Made by a program: the position numbers and the translations under genes. DNA of 64,000 bases from assembly GCA_050294405.1 (NCBI GenBank), contig JBNKOC010000025.1, positions 1-64,000 on the forward strand, written 5' to 3'. Shown in pieces: positions 41,201-49,269 of the stretch (the stretch's first letter is position 1; each line of letters begins with the position of its first letter). A model generated the notes under the pieces. That model saw only the letters and a list, made by a program, of their open reading frames with translations. It ran no database searches and was not told the DNA's origin. This DNA is from Fibrobacteria bacterium (GTDB lineage Bacteria; Fibrobacterota; Fibrobacteria; UBA11236; JADFYW01).

Positions 41201-42096
41201 GCTTCCAATTCAGAAGGGTTGTCTGCTTCAACAGGATAGTACTGGCCACCAGTAAGGCTTGCCAGTTCCACTAATCTGCCAGCGGGGCTGGTGGTATTTG
41301 CAGTATCTGCATACGTGCCGCCAATTAATATGGAATATACAGGAGGAAGAGTTTGTTTGTTGGCATCGGACCAATTGTCATAATCGTCTCCAGGCTGCCC
41401 ATCGGTAATGAATATAATGGCCTTTCTGGAGTTGCTGCTATTTTCCAGAACATCCCTGGCTTCCACCAATGGTGGAATATATGCAGTTCCGTGGTTCGTA
41501 TCATCGCAACCATAACCTGAAGAGCCTTGAAAGCGCCTCCAATTGCCGGCGTCTGGGGAGCTGGCGGGGTAATACAATGTGGGGTTGCTGATGGATGGGT
41601 CTGTTCCATCGGCTAAATCATCATCAATCCAGCTAAAAATAGTATTAAGGGATGTGGAATTCCCCACTGAGACAGGAGCGCGGGTATTACATACCTCTCC
41701 AGAAAAAGGAATAAGCCCTGCCTGGGAGCCTGAGCTCAAATCAGCCAAATATTGAACAGCGGCGTGAGTGGCTGTGGGGGCGTAAAATGTAGGATCGTTC
41801 CAAACCATGCTTCCACTTTGATCCACCACAAACATAATATCCACAGGAGCCAGTTCCGTTCCGGCCGGAGTAAGACAAATGCTTATCCCGTCATTACTCA
41901 ATCTTGTGGTGTTAGATGGCACTTGTACAGTGCTCCCGTTTCCACCTAAATTCTCCAAATCTATACATTGCTCACTGACTAAATCACAGCGGCCCTGTGC
42001 CATGGAGTTATTATATGTAAATAAGAAACTCAGAATAATGCAAAACCCCATGTATCGGACTTTGCGTGCGGTTTTTATAAATAGCAATGTTTCCAT
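35275..42096 (-). CDS. Giant secreted vWA plus Ig-like/FN3-associated repeat protein, paralog B
   Basis: Collinear with paralog A over its full length. Start set at ATG 42096, which follows AGGAGG. Confidence 0.85.
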   Translation of the reverse strand: METLLFIKTARKVRYMGFCIILSFLFTYNNSMAQGRCDLVSEQCIDLENLGGNGSTVQVPSNTTRLSNDGISICLTPAGTELAPVDIMFVVDQSGSMVWNDPTFYAPTATHAAVQYLADLSSGSQAGLIPFSGEVCNTRAPVSVGNSTSLNTIFSWIDDDLADGTDPSISNPTLYYPASSPDAGNWRRFQGSSGYGCDDTNHGTAYIPPLVEARDVLENSSNSRKAIIFITDGQPGDDYDNWSDANKQTLPPVYSILIGGTYADTANTTSPAGRLVELASLTGGQYYPVEADNPSELEAIMQAVVQEVISPGVPVQTTISNSTNGQLSQSISHNQITNGQYQVVLDEILGLESGLNALTINSISSKNGVPSDTVVYNITIDVSGTPTPNLGDINLPDSLFDITCVEPSSINVVDNLSDRNIITTLGYQSASYGIILDTKSGDDSPEALITSRDALDRLTSGLTSNGVDSFMTTVNFQTTLGGGNVNDAISQARLGDLITVSWYHPRDSADFAQYQLNVQQPQVATPQVSFSNGNPFTSFTEAILYTSTASPVSIYYTLDGSTPSTGSLLYDPNNPPVITQALTLRAIAVKSGWQNSGILTVAVTRTSSASQIAILNQSYQPFENNIVYTSESNFSIQLETNYYGSSSLQAAVTASVTGDVLNISLTSSHITGSNSNYARIYRRASLSIEMDNSPEQTSVLETAAYDTLIINWTNPLDNSDAVADTVFVRPANTEAQIHFSTSSSLADSVSSFSDSDTEIFVIVVDQTIHPDSSYQVELVTDGDVETISLSVVNGNLVGSINMDYGAISQNNGSIQAKLPGDEIQATYTDPVFPSDEKVKSITIGSKSIADPTVEDNGGSVISSGTFFADDTTIYLDVSTAGAQIRYTLDGSTVPSNTVGTLYTMGTPINLTQSTEVRVIAYLENDNIDNFVLSNLVTVSLNDTGSTGLPYANPKTTYFTEDTTVSLNPEDPSDDIFYTLDGSNPDTVASGSTLLYGSSLNISATTTVKFRAANPPKKSSSIVTEVYTKRDSLEAPVATPISGTQFFGDTNVVLSNPTVTNAIIRYTTDGSTPTTNSQRYLGALTFSQPTNLKAVAFNPQGSDAYVKSEVATFTYTPKLPTPEIIPGDSSFGADIFVRLTVETQGATIHYTLDGSNPTASSPSYSQLIQITQTTTLKAIAVKTGWANSDVNSATYTKQFLASSLVLLDGNQQEVEYLTEKNSSFYVILQTSEADLSSVTPLATSLSLGDSEILTLTQVGRSGDYFKYQLEVPFSVISGSPSSNGTMQSRPYDDIVVSWTNPNNGSDVVTDTLSVRPFPIQADMYFSNSLLSSSRLTQYQGSEDSLYLVVKDQAWDLSKNYQVTIISDPVFGTNRSPDTLTLPLTQVGNNSYGIVIPVDKSTSSNTSDNLLQIVKGDKIRASYIDPVDGDNSVTQVNYGSAGEVSAKIMFTNSMGIPLEDGLYYDPAADSVYIMYIDDYTTKIKTLIINVENTKGNGVKTYDALNIELSNPEKQDSIGIWTVSIAMAESETTDKNNSILEIFFMGEITASVQAHSKTGSALSQVSDVLIVAYENEEESVVITDGDGNTHIAREVEEITITVKDQDFTNSLDTLIATVQCLKSGDLVKSVTLIETSKGVYVGKVVKNEEERNSSDSVLSCASDDEIKVSYVDPIYKTKALDSEKIDGGVNQTISFIDSKGNTINNLDEFSGGDFRIKVNAFSESQTEIDTLTVTLVNSNGESIEVKVVETDVYSNEFISEEVDYTFVYKDETAEEGTLVVGKLDEENSHNKGTVTAVLITERDSSSNSLEIEAAYIPVEKSWIVDGNSDGIADSLFIRFKENLTSIPNSILSIDWPGEGENNYTAKYNEDESITEISFFKDAEGNIDSSLILIVLKDNAESFEPGKTQANSSNPPKLTLPSNNIFKGQEVEILDNVAPTILVAERLPSDLGFYKYVDSNGKTRYKQNPDTLIVTFSEDLILDDETGSPWDSLIVFSQSCDKDNGHFLINHEGDRPLPLEPDENGNIRWRFIVTNDKDAYKPTSEGCVWLNPDSRYSDASGNRPSRNEVAPVGEEDAKFINESKIFNPVVGVNLNENNLAQTYIAYGALDDDGNITLPNVEDGSFVQLWIPPKGLDSDGSISEELLSQQCNNQVNQVEEEDFRNYPQNCLSSVFVETLGGYIAEVEIYDHLGKFIHRSVQSFGKCGETANENRLGPNGFRSWLVWNMKDKDENFVGSGVYVWKVKYRALNNEVSIPTAIYKQGIARSNPPDKNCADN

Positions 42097-42554
42097 AATG
42101 ACCCCTCCTTTATGCAAACATTTTCGTGTTAATGCAACTTGGCTTGTGATTGAATTGAGATAATGTTATGTGCGCGAATAGAATACGATACATTGGCAAA
42201 CCTTTAAAATGAAAATCTGTAATTTGGGAGGTCGCGAAATTGGACCAATAAATTTCATCCGGCATTTGGCGAGGCCCGATTCCTGCTTCGCCAGATGAAA
42301 CGAGGATATGCTTTTATTATACTGTATTTTTTGTAACGGCGCAATTTTCCGCAAATAATTGTTAATTCTACGCACAATTTTTGAATAAACAGCGATTTTA
42401 AGGGTTTTTGGCCTGAGAAATTTTTAGGGCCAAGGGAAAAAATGTGAAGTGCTTATGCTAAAAGCAACTTTAAAGTTTCGAAGTTGTGGCTTGGATTTGA
42501 GCGGGCAGGCTGGAGATAAGTTGAATTTGGATGTTGGTAACGAGGGATTCCAAT

Positions 42555-42586
42555 AAAAAAGCCCCGGGATTTAGCATCCCGGGGCT
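42555..42586 (-). terminator. Intrinsic terminator after the ArsR gene
   Basis: gccccgggat/atcccggggc stem followed by T6 on the minus strand. Confidence 0.85.
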
Positions 42587-42607
42587 CTTATAAATCTTAA
42601 AAGCTGA

Positions 42608-42958
42608 TTATTTTTTTTTGCTAGATTTTTTAGCAGACTTTTTAGGGGCTGCTGTTTTGCCTGTGAAAACCACATTGCAGCTTCCCAGATTCAAGCCTTT
42701 GTTTTTGCCTTTGATAAGAGTGCCAGCAGTTAAGTTGTACAAAACTGTTTTGCCCTCTCTTTCAGACTCGATAAGGCCTTCCTCTTTTAATATGGAAAGA
42801 TGATGGCTTAAAAGAGTAGGCTCAATATCCAGAGCTTCGATAAACTCATTAACATAAGTGCTTTTTTCCATTAACATTTCCATTACAGACAATCTGGTGG
42901 GGTCTGCAATTGCTTTTAGCTTTTGGCTTGTAGGTGTAGGTTTTTTATGTGTTTTCAT
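42608..42958 (-). CDS. ArsR/SmtB family regulator
   Basis: LKAIADPTRL...LLSHHLSILKEEGLIESEREGKTVLY; Lys-rich tail. Confidence 0.9.
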   Translation of the reverse strand: MKTHKKPTPTSQKLKAIADPTRLSVMEMLMEKSTYVNEFIEALDIEPTLLSHHLSILKEEGLIESEREGKTVLYNLTAGTLIKGKNKGLNLGSCNVVFTGKTAAPKKSAKKSSKKK

Positions 42959-43081
42959 AGGGCATCCTGATTAATTTATTCTCCGTTGATTTGATAAAGT
43001 ATGAAATTATTTCCCTTTAATTTCAACTATGTATAAGTTAACAAATTAAGAAACATTTGTCTTATGGTTACGATTCAAATG

Positions 43082-43097
43082 TTGTATAGCTATACAA
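43082..43097. promoter_or_regulatory. Perfect 16-bp palindrome, candidate operator
   Basis: TTGTATAGCTATACAA in AT-rich intergenic DNA upstream of the ArsR gene. Confidence 0.4.
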
Positions 43098-43238
43098 TTG
43101 AAGTTAATCTTAAAACAAGAATTGTTAACAGCCGTAAATTATTCTTTACAAAGAACGAAACAATCTGAAGCTATCAATGAATTTTTAGGGGAAGAAATTT
43201 TCAACTGAATAAAATTAAAATCCAGTTGTTTTTAATGC

Positions 43239-43460
43239 TTATACAAAATTTGAGACGTTTTCTACTTGGAAAACGCTTTGTTTGTGGACTCGTGAGTCTC
43301 TAATTTTAAGCCAGGGGCGTGATATGCTGTCTGTTGGTTGCTCTAATTCATAGAGGCTTTCCAAAGACAATAAATTTTTGGCAGTTTCAAATTGGTCCAT
43401 AGCATGGCTTAAAGATTTTTTTATTTGAGAATTATGAATTTGAGCTCCAAAATTTGACAT
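43239..43460 (-). CDS. Small hypothetical protein
   Basis: 73 aa; GAGG RBS before the ATG; fills an intergenic gap. Confidence 0.5.
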   Translation of the reverse strand: MSNFGAQIHNSQIKKSLSHAMDQFETAKNLLSLESLYELEQPTDSISRPWLKIRDSRVHKQSVFQVENVSNFV

Positions 43461-43552
43461 TTAACGCCTCACTGATAGTTGTATTTTATCTATCGGACGC
43501 TTTGGAAAAAAAATTTAGCTTTTCTTTTTAAACAGCTACTAGGTGTGAATTT

Positions 43553-44071
43553 TTGGCGAAAGTTTTGGATTTTGAATTTTTTAAGCAATCTGCCCTTGAG
43601 GTCGCTCCTCAGTTGCTCGGCAAGAATCTCTGTGTAAAGCTTCCCCGGGGCTCTATTGCAAAGTATCCCATATTAGAGGCGGAAGCTTACGAAGGTTTTG
43701 AAGACAAGGCTTCTCACGCCCATAAGGGTAAAACAGCGCGCAATGAAATCATGTTTAACGAAGGCGGATACATTTATGTTTACCTTTGTTACGGGATACA
43801 TTGGATGTTAAATATTGTGACCTACGAAAAAGAAACCCCGTCTGCGGTATTGATTCGCAGCGTCGGCCCCTGGAATGGCCCCGGTAAATTAACCAAAAAC
43901 TTATTTATAGATAAGCGGCACAATAAACTGGCATTGGGAAAAAAAGCGGGTTTATGGATTGAGGAGGGCGATTCCCAAAAAAAATGGGGAGCTATCCAAA
44001 CGGCTCCCAGAATTGGGGTAAATTATGCAGGGCCTAAGTGGGCAAAGGTGCCCTGGCGCTTTTATTTGTAA
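43553..44071 (+). CDS. mpg: DNA-3-methyladenine glycosylase (MPG/AAG family)
   Basis: VAPQLLGK, EAEAY, DKASHA, YVYLCYGIHWMLNIV, AVLIR, GPGKLT, PRIGV and PWRF. Confidence 0.93.
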   Translation: MAKVLDFEFFKQSALEVAPQLLGKNLCVKLPRGSIAKYPILEAEAYEGFEDKASHAHKGKTARNEIMFNEGGYIYVYLCYGIHWMLNIVTYEKETPSAVLIRSVGPWNGPGKLTKNLFIDKRHNKLALGKKAGLWIEEGDSQKKWGAIQTAPRIGVNYAGPKWAKVPWRFYL

Positions 44072-44185
44072 AAAATTGGGCGTCGCTTCACTCCTTCATG
44101 CCCGAATAGATTATTCATAAGCTCCCTCGGGTGCCCTCAGGATTTGATACATCGCTTCGCTCATCGTAAAAACCCTCATTTACAA
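44071..44185. repeat. Dispersed intergenic repeat, copy 2
   Basis: aaaaattgggcgtcgc...ctccttca matches copy 1. tcatcgtaaaaaccctcatttac is a near reverse complement of gtaaatgagggctttgacgatga in copy 3. Confidence 0.7.
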
Positions 44186-44893
44186 ATAGCTTTTGAAAAG
44201 GCTCTCCAGCTCATTCAATGAGTCATCGAGAATGGAGTGGGAAGTTAATAAAGCAAAACCATCCAGGTTAACCAAGGCCGAAATATTTGCATCCCGTGAA
44301 GCCACCTTGGCCAGGCGTTTGGTAAAACTCACATTTACTTTGCGCACTTCTTCGTATATGTTGACCAGTTCTCCTAAATCCAATGGGACATCTTTTTTAT
44401 TTTTGCGCTGGAAATAGATGGCCATTAAGTACATGGAGATAGCCCTGTAAATAGTTTCATCTGCAGAGGCAAAAGGCAAATGGGTATACACCATGGGCCG
44501 CAATTTATCCATCACGGGGCAACCGCTGGTCACCATATGCAAACCAATTAGGGAACTCAGCCCTTCGGCAATAGAAATAGTTTTGGAATATTCCCTAAGA
44601 GAAGAATGGATATGAACATCCACTTCCTCATGGGAAGGAAAAGCGGCAAAAGTGCGAATTACATCCCCTAAGTTATTGGCCACCGGGCATTGGGGGTGTT
44701 CTTCTTTAGAAAGAGGGCAATTGGGGCATTTTTCGAATTCCAATTGGGCCCATTCTTCCTTATTTGGTTTTGAAGAGGCCACCAGGTCTAAATTTGGCTT
44801 AAGCAGTTTCAAAATAAAGGTTTCTTTGTCGCCATTTCGAAAAATGAAATCATAGCGATATGATTCAAATTCTCCGCTGTGTGAGTCTGCCAT
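44180..44893 (-). CDS. Conserved Cys-motif protein (DUF6901-like)
   Basis: WAQLEFEKCPNCPL...CP, TSGCP and HLPFASADET. Confidence 0.7.
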   Translation of the reverse strand: MADSHSGEFESYRYDFIFRNGDKETFILKLLKPNLDLVASSKPNKEEWAQLEFEKCPNCPLSKEEHPQCPVANNLGDVIRTFAAFPSHEEVDVHIHSSLREYSKTISIAEGLSSLIGLHMVTSGCPVMDKLRPMVYTHLPFASADETIYRAISMYLMAIYFQRKNKKDVPLDLGELVNIYEEVRKVNVSFTKRLAKVASRDANISALVNLDGFALLTSHSILDDSLNELESLFKSYL

Positions 44894-44928
44894 TTTAACC
44901 TCAGTGGCTGAGTGATTTTAGTTGAGTC

Positions 44929-45591
44929 TTATTTTCCTATTAAAATTAGGATATCATCAATAGCTATTTCACTCAGTTTGCTCACAATCTTATCCGCTGC
45001 TTTTAGTTTTTCGGCAGGATGGGTGTTTGTGACGGCAATGGCCTTGATTCCTCCTGCATGCGCAGCTTCAATTCCCACCATGGCGTCTTCTACCACCAGG
45101 CAATTTTCTGGGGATAAGCCCAATTTTTTGGCGGCTAAAAGAAATACTTCTGGGTGCGGCTTTCCCTGGTTTACATCTTCTGCCGAAACAATTTCCACAA
45201 AATATTGACCAAATCCCAAATGCCTAAGGGCGGTTTCAATATTTAAACGGTGGGTGGAACTGCCGATAACGCAGGGGATATCATTTTCTTTAAGCAATTG
45301 TAAAAAAGGCTCAACCTCATTTATGGGGTTGATTCCTTTTTCTTCAATAATATCCCGGTACAATTTTTCTTTTTTTAGGGACAACCTGTCTATTTCCGAT
45401 TCGTCTTTAGTCCAACCCAATAAATTTGGGATTATGTATTCGTTCTTTCTGCCAAATCCAAGTTTAAAATGGCCATCCTGCAGCTTGTACCCCTCTTCCC
45501 GGGCCAATCGCTCCCAACTCTCTTCGTGCTGGGAAGAGGAATCAATGATAACCCCATCCCAGTCAAAAATAAATCCAATGTTTTTTTCCAT
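44929..45591 (-). CDS. HAD family phosphatase (beta-PGM-like)
   Basis: FDWDGVIIDS, GKPHPEVF and VEDAMVGIEAA. Confidence 0.92.
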   Translation of the reverse strand: MEKNIGFIFDWDGVIIDSSSQHEESWERLAREEGYKLQDGHFKLGFGRKNEYIIPNLLGWTKDESEIDRLSLKKEKLYRDIIEEKGINPINEVEPFLQLLKENDIPCVIGSSTHRLNIETALRHLGFGQYFVEIVSAEDVNQGKPHPEVFLLAAKKLGLSPENCLVVEDAMVGIEAAHAGGIKAIAVTNTHPAEKLKAADKIVSKLSEIAIDDILILIGK

Positions 45592-45600
45592 AACAAAAAG

Positions 45601-46887
45601 TTACCTAAATAAATTTTTTATTCCACGGCCAATTTTATTCAGATTCGATTTAAATACCTGCCCTATAATTTTCCCCATTTTAATTTTCTGGTTTTTCAAA
45701 TCTCCCGCAATTTCACAGCGAAACATGTAACTTCCATCCTCCTGTTTCACCATGGCATCTTTCACTACCCCCTTTAATTCCTCGTAATATTCGGGAGTTA
45801 TAAAACAGTTTAAAAAAATATACAGCTGTCCCTTGGTGGTAAAATATCCATGTCCGGTTAATGTCAGGGGGTCGCCCCCCGCATATAAGCTGTCAAATTT
45901 TATTTTATCTTCTTCTAAGTTGAACTTCAGGATTTGAAGTTTGTTAAAGCTGAGGTCCTTAAAGGCAGGCATAAAATTTTCAATGACCGGATCTTTTTGC
46001 ACAGGTAAATCCAATGCCCTTATTTTTTTACCGTTAACTTCGCCATCAAAGCTTCCCTGATTTAAATTGGGAAAGGGGATTTGGAATTTTAATATTGTTT
46101 CCAGTTTCCCATAAAGTTGGGATTCGCCAAAAAATTTTTCTTTGGTGAGCCTGTCCAGAGAAAGGCCAGAAAATTTAACTTGCCCTTTGAGATTATTAGA
46201 TTGGCTGTTAAAATCGGCCGCGGCATTTATTTTTCCACTGCTTGTGTAAATTTGCAGGGACGAAAATTGCAGCAGAGGGTTTTTCCAGTTGGCCTTAATC
46301 TTGGCCTTGGAAATTTTAGGAAGCCCCGGGTATTCTATGTTTTTAAGTTCCAGGCCAAAAGAAGGCGATGTCCGGAAAGGCTCGGCGATTTCAATACTAA
46401 CATTGCTGGCGCTTAATTGCAATGGGGGTTGGGGCCTTCTAATGGCAACTTTTTTAAAATCGAGGTCTAAATTACTACCGTAAAAAACCTCAGACAAAGG
46501 TTTAGCCATGGTATTAAATTCTTTAAGTTTTAATAAAAAAGGCTTTAACTCCTCTTCCACTATTAAAAGGCTATCCCCGGAAATTTGATTGAGCTCAATT
46601 TTTCCAAACATAAGGGAAATGAGGGAGATATCCACATTGCATTTGTTAATAAATACAGCTTGGGGTTTGCCAACTCTTAAGTTTGTAAATTTTAGGCCCC
46701 CTAATAAATCAACGCTTATGCTTGTATAATCCACTTCCAATTCTTTGAATATATTAGAATATTTTTTATTCAAATAAATTTCCACAGCGGCTCCCACAGG
46801 AAAGCGGAAATTTGCGAGAATTATCAGTAAAACAACGACAACTGGTACTAAATAAAAAGAGCGGGAGGCTTTTTTTTTAGGAGGCAT
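45601..46887 (-). CDS. Membrane-anchored AsmA-like protein
   Basis: N-terminal TM followed by a long amphipathic beta-rich region; family call tentative. Confidence 0.55.
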   Translation of the reverse strand: MPPKKKASRSFYLVPVVVVLLIILANFRFPVGAAVEIYLNKKYSNIFKELEVDYTSISVDLLGGLKFTNLRVGKPQAVFINKCNVDISLISLMFGKIELNQISGDSLLIVEEELKPFLLKLKEFNTMAKPLSEVFYGSNLDLDFKKVAIRRPQPPLQLSASNVSIEIAEPFRTSPSFGLELKNIEYPGLPKISKAKIKANWKNPLLQFSSLQIYTSSGKINAAADFNSQSNNLKGQVKFSGLSLDRLTKEKFFGESQLYGKLETILKFQIPFPNLNQGSFDGEVNGKKIRALDLPVQKDPVIENFMPAFKDLSFNKLQILKFNLEEDKIKFDSLYAGGDPLTLTGHGYFTTKGQLYIFLNCFITPEYYEELKGVVKDAMVKQEDGSYMFRCEIAGDLKNQKIKMGKIIGQVFKSNLNKIGRGIKNLFR

Positions 46888-46891
46888 AGTT

Positions 46892-47824
46892 TTAAGAAAG
46901 CTTTTTAAAGCGCAGGCGAAGAATGTGTTTGGCTTTATCCCAGTTTAAAATCATAATTTGGCTGTAGTGTTCTCCATCCCATAATATAAAAACCGCTCCG
47001 ACTTTAAAATGGCTGGTTGCAATGGCAGCAGCGTAATTTAAATTAGCTAGGTTCAGGTTTTCTCTGTTTTGGTTAAAATACGACTCTCCAATACCCAGAA
47101 AAGCAATTCCTCCAACTCCTTCCACTTCTGCGGAAATTTTAAACAGGGGCAATTGGGGGTCCAAATAAAAACTGTAACCCTCGGGTTTTTCCCTGTCTTC
47201 ATTGGGGCTGTGGACCACATCTCCATCTAAAAGCCGCATCCAGTAAAAACTGCTGCTGTCCCTAAGTTCGGGAATTTCCAAAGTAAAAACGCTTTCTGTT
47301 TTTGGCCCCAATGCCACAGCACGCCACTTAAAGGACAGGCTTTGGCTCACATCATTCCAATCCAAAATTTGTATTTGACCGGCTCCTCCCGGGCTTCTCA
47401 AATAATAGACCATGTCTTTTTGCGGATCGCCAAAGGCAAACAGGTTGTAGTGAAACTCCAGGCTGTCCCCCAGGTAATCTGCAACATAATGCTCATTTCC
47501 CTTGCCCAGGTACAAAACTCCATAATGTAGCTGGTTTTGCAAAGTAACAGATAAAAATTCGGGAGCTGTGGGCGATACCCTGAAATAATAAAGTGATGTA
47601 TCTGGATTGACGGAAACGCTGTCTTCTCCAAAGGGAAAAATTTCTCCGGAGGAAGGGCTAAACCAAACCCAGGGCACGCCGCCTTCAAATACATTGTGGT
47701 TGGCGCTGAGAAAAATTTCTTTTTGGGTGGCCTGGGTGTTTGTGGTGGAGCTGTTATTTATCAATTGGCAGGAGAGAATGAGGCTTAGCTGCGCAATGGT
47801 GAGAATGAGTGTTTTGAAAAACAT
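46892..47824 (-). CDS. Lipoprotein with two related beta-rich halves
   Basis: Lipobox ILSC; internal similarity QIQILDWND...LSFKWR versus QIMILNWDK...LRLRFK. Confidence 0.65.
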   Translation of the reverse strand: MFFKTLILTIAQLSLILSCQLINNSSTTNTQATQKEIFLSANHNVFEGGVPWVWFSPSSGEIFPFGEDSVSVNPDTSLYYFRVSPTAPEFLSVTLQNQLHYGVLYLGKGNEHYVADYLGDSLEFHYNLFAFGDPQKDMVYYLRSPGGAGQIQILDWNDVSQSLSFKWRAVALGPKTESVFTLEIPELRDSSSFYWMRLLDGDVVHSPNEDREKPEGYSFYLDPQLPLFKISAEVEGVGGIAFLGIGESYFNQNRENLNLANLNYAAAIATSHFKVGAVFILWDGEHYSQIMILNWDKAKHILRLRFKKLS

Positions 47825-47882
47825 GATTAGTTTAAATAATATAATAGTTCCCTATTTGGGAGAAACAGATTAATTTTTGGCT

Positions 47883-48971
47883 ATGAACAGTGCCTCGAAC
47901 TCAGGTTATTTAGCGGGAAAAGGCCAAAATAAAGGTCTGGCCGGGCGCGGCTCCCATTTTAATCTTAAAAATCGTTTTGAGATGGTGGAGCTTGAGCCGC
48001 TTTATGAGGAGCCTCCAGAGGGACAAACCCAAAGAACCCAAATCTTGCCGGAAAAGGCCAAATCCATATTGTCTTATAACCAAAGTCCCGATGTTCCTTT
48101 TAACTTAGGCATAAACCCTTATCGGGGATGTGAACATGGATGTTCCTATTGTTTTGCCAGGCCCAGCCATGAATATCTGGGATATTCTTCGGGCCTTGAT
48201 TTCGAATCGAAAATTGTGGCAAAAACAAATGCGGCCCGGCTTTTGGAAAAAGAGCTGAGCCATAAAAATTACAAATCCCAACCCATTGCTTTAAGCGGCA
48301 ATACCGATTGTTACCAGCCCATTGAAAAAAAGATGTTAATTACCAGGCAATGTTTGCAGGTATTGTCTAAGTACAAAAACCCTGTGGCTGTTATAACTAA
48401 AAACTATTTGGTCACAAGGGACATAGATATATTGGAGCAAATGTCTGAGTGGAATGGCGCAGCTGTTTTTATTTCCATTACCACCTTGGACGATAATTTA
48501 CGGAAAAAAATGGAGCCCCGCACTTCTCCTGTAGCTCTGCGGCTTAAAGCGATTGAAACACTGGTCAAGGCGGGAGTTTCTGTGGGGGTTTTATTGGCCC
48601 CATTAATTCCTGGGCTCACTGATAACGAAATGCCTCAAATACTAAAGACAGCCCGCGAGCGTGGAGCCAGCCACGCCTCATACATATTGCTGCGCCTTCC
48701 CCACGGAGTTAAGGAACTTTTTTCCAATTGGCTCGATGTGCATTATCCCCAGCATGCCCAAAAAATAATCCACCGTATCCAGGATTTGCGAAACGGAAAG
48801 TTGTATAATTCGGATTTTTCTTCCCGCATGAAAGGGGAGGGGGTTTGGGCGAGACAATTTCAGGATATGTTTAGCTTGTATCAAAAAAAGTATGATTTCA
48901 AAATGGAAAAATTCAGGCTGAACCATTCAGAATTCATAGTTCCCCAGTTAGGGCAACAATCTCTTTTTTAA
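47883..48971 (+). CDS. Radical SAM protein, PA0069/spore photoproduct lyase-like family
   Basis: INPYRGCEHGCSYCFARPSHEYLG, SGNTDCYQP and MEPRTS. Confidence 0.9.
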   Translation: MNSASNSGYLAGKGQNKGLAGRGSHFNLKNRFEMVELEPLYEEPPEGQTQRTQILPEKAKSILSYNQSPDVPFNLGINPYRGCEHGCSYCFARPSHEYLGYSSGLDFESKIVAKTNAARLLEKELSHKNYKSQPIALSGNTDCYQPIEKKMLITRQCLQVLSKYKNPVAVITKNYLVTRDIDILEQMSEWNGAAVFISITTLDDNLRKKMEPRTSPVALRLKAIETLVKAGVSVGVLLAPLIPGLTDNEMPQILKTARERGASHASYILLRLPHGVKELFSNWLDVHYPQHAQKIIHRIQDLRNGKLYNSDFSSRMKGEGVWARQFQDMFSLYQKKYDFKMEKFRLNHSEFIVPQLGQQSLF

Positions 48972-48987
48972 GGGCGTAGTCCGTAAA

Positions 48988-49269
48988 TTAGCTGCGGTAT
49001 TTTATCTGAAATGAAGAAAAATTTTGAAGCCCGGCTTCTTCTAATTTTAGATCATCCACCCGGGCTGAATTAGGACCTCGGCGACACCATTGGATAAATT
49101 TGCTTAAGGCTTCTTCGCCTCCTTCGGCTTCTATGTATACGGAACCATCTTCTTTGTTTTTTACAAAGCCTTTGACAGAATACAAATTAGCCATCTTTTG
49201 GGTGCTGGCCCTAAAATAAACGCCTTGTACCATGCCGGTAACTTGGATGTTATAATGTTTTATTTCCAT
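48988..49269 (-). CDS. acyP: Acylphosphatase
   Basis: [14 protein letters not shown]...DGSV and GPNSARV. Confidence 0.95.
   Translation of the reverse strand: MEIKHYNIQVTGMVQGVYFRASTQKMANLYSVKGFVKNKEDGSVYIEAEGGEEALSKFIQWCRRGPNSARVDDLKLEEAGLQNFSSFQIKYRS

Noticed and set aside
28048..42096. Assembly artefact or diversity-generating retroelement behind the duplicated giants
   Set aside because: The copies differ at many positions throughout, and there is no reverse transcriptase or adenine-specific template/variable repeat pair.
42194..42245. GGCAAACC...GAAA...GGTCGCGAAA resembling a c-di-GMP-I riboswitch
   Set aside because: It is on the strand opposite the downstream gene, and the second stem and conserved GACGCAAA are not properly present.
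35003..42355. TGCGGAA...GTTACA upstream of both giant paralogs as a shared promoter
   Set aside because: Spacing differs between the two sites (4 versus 9 nt), so chance is likely.
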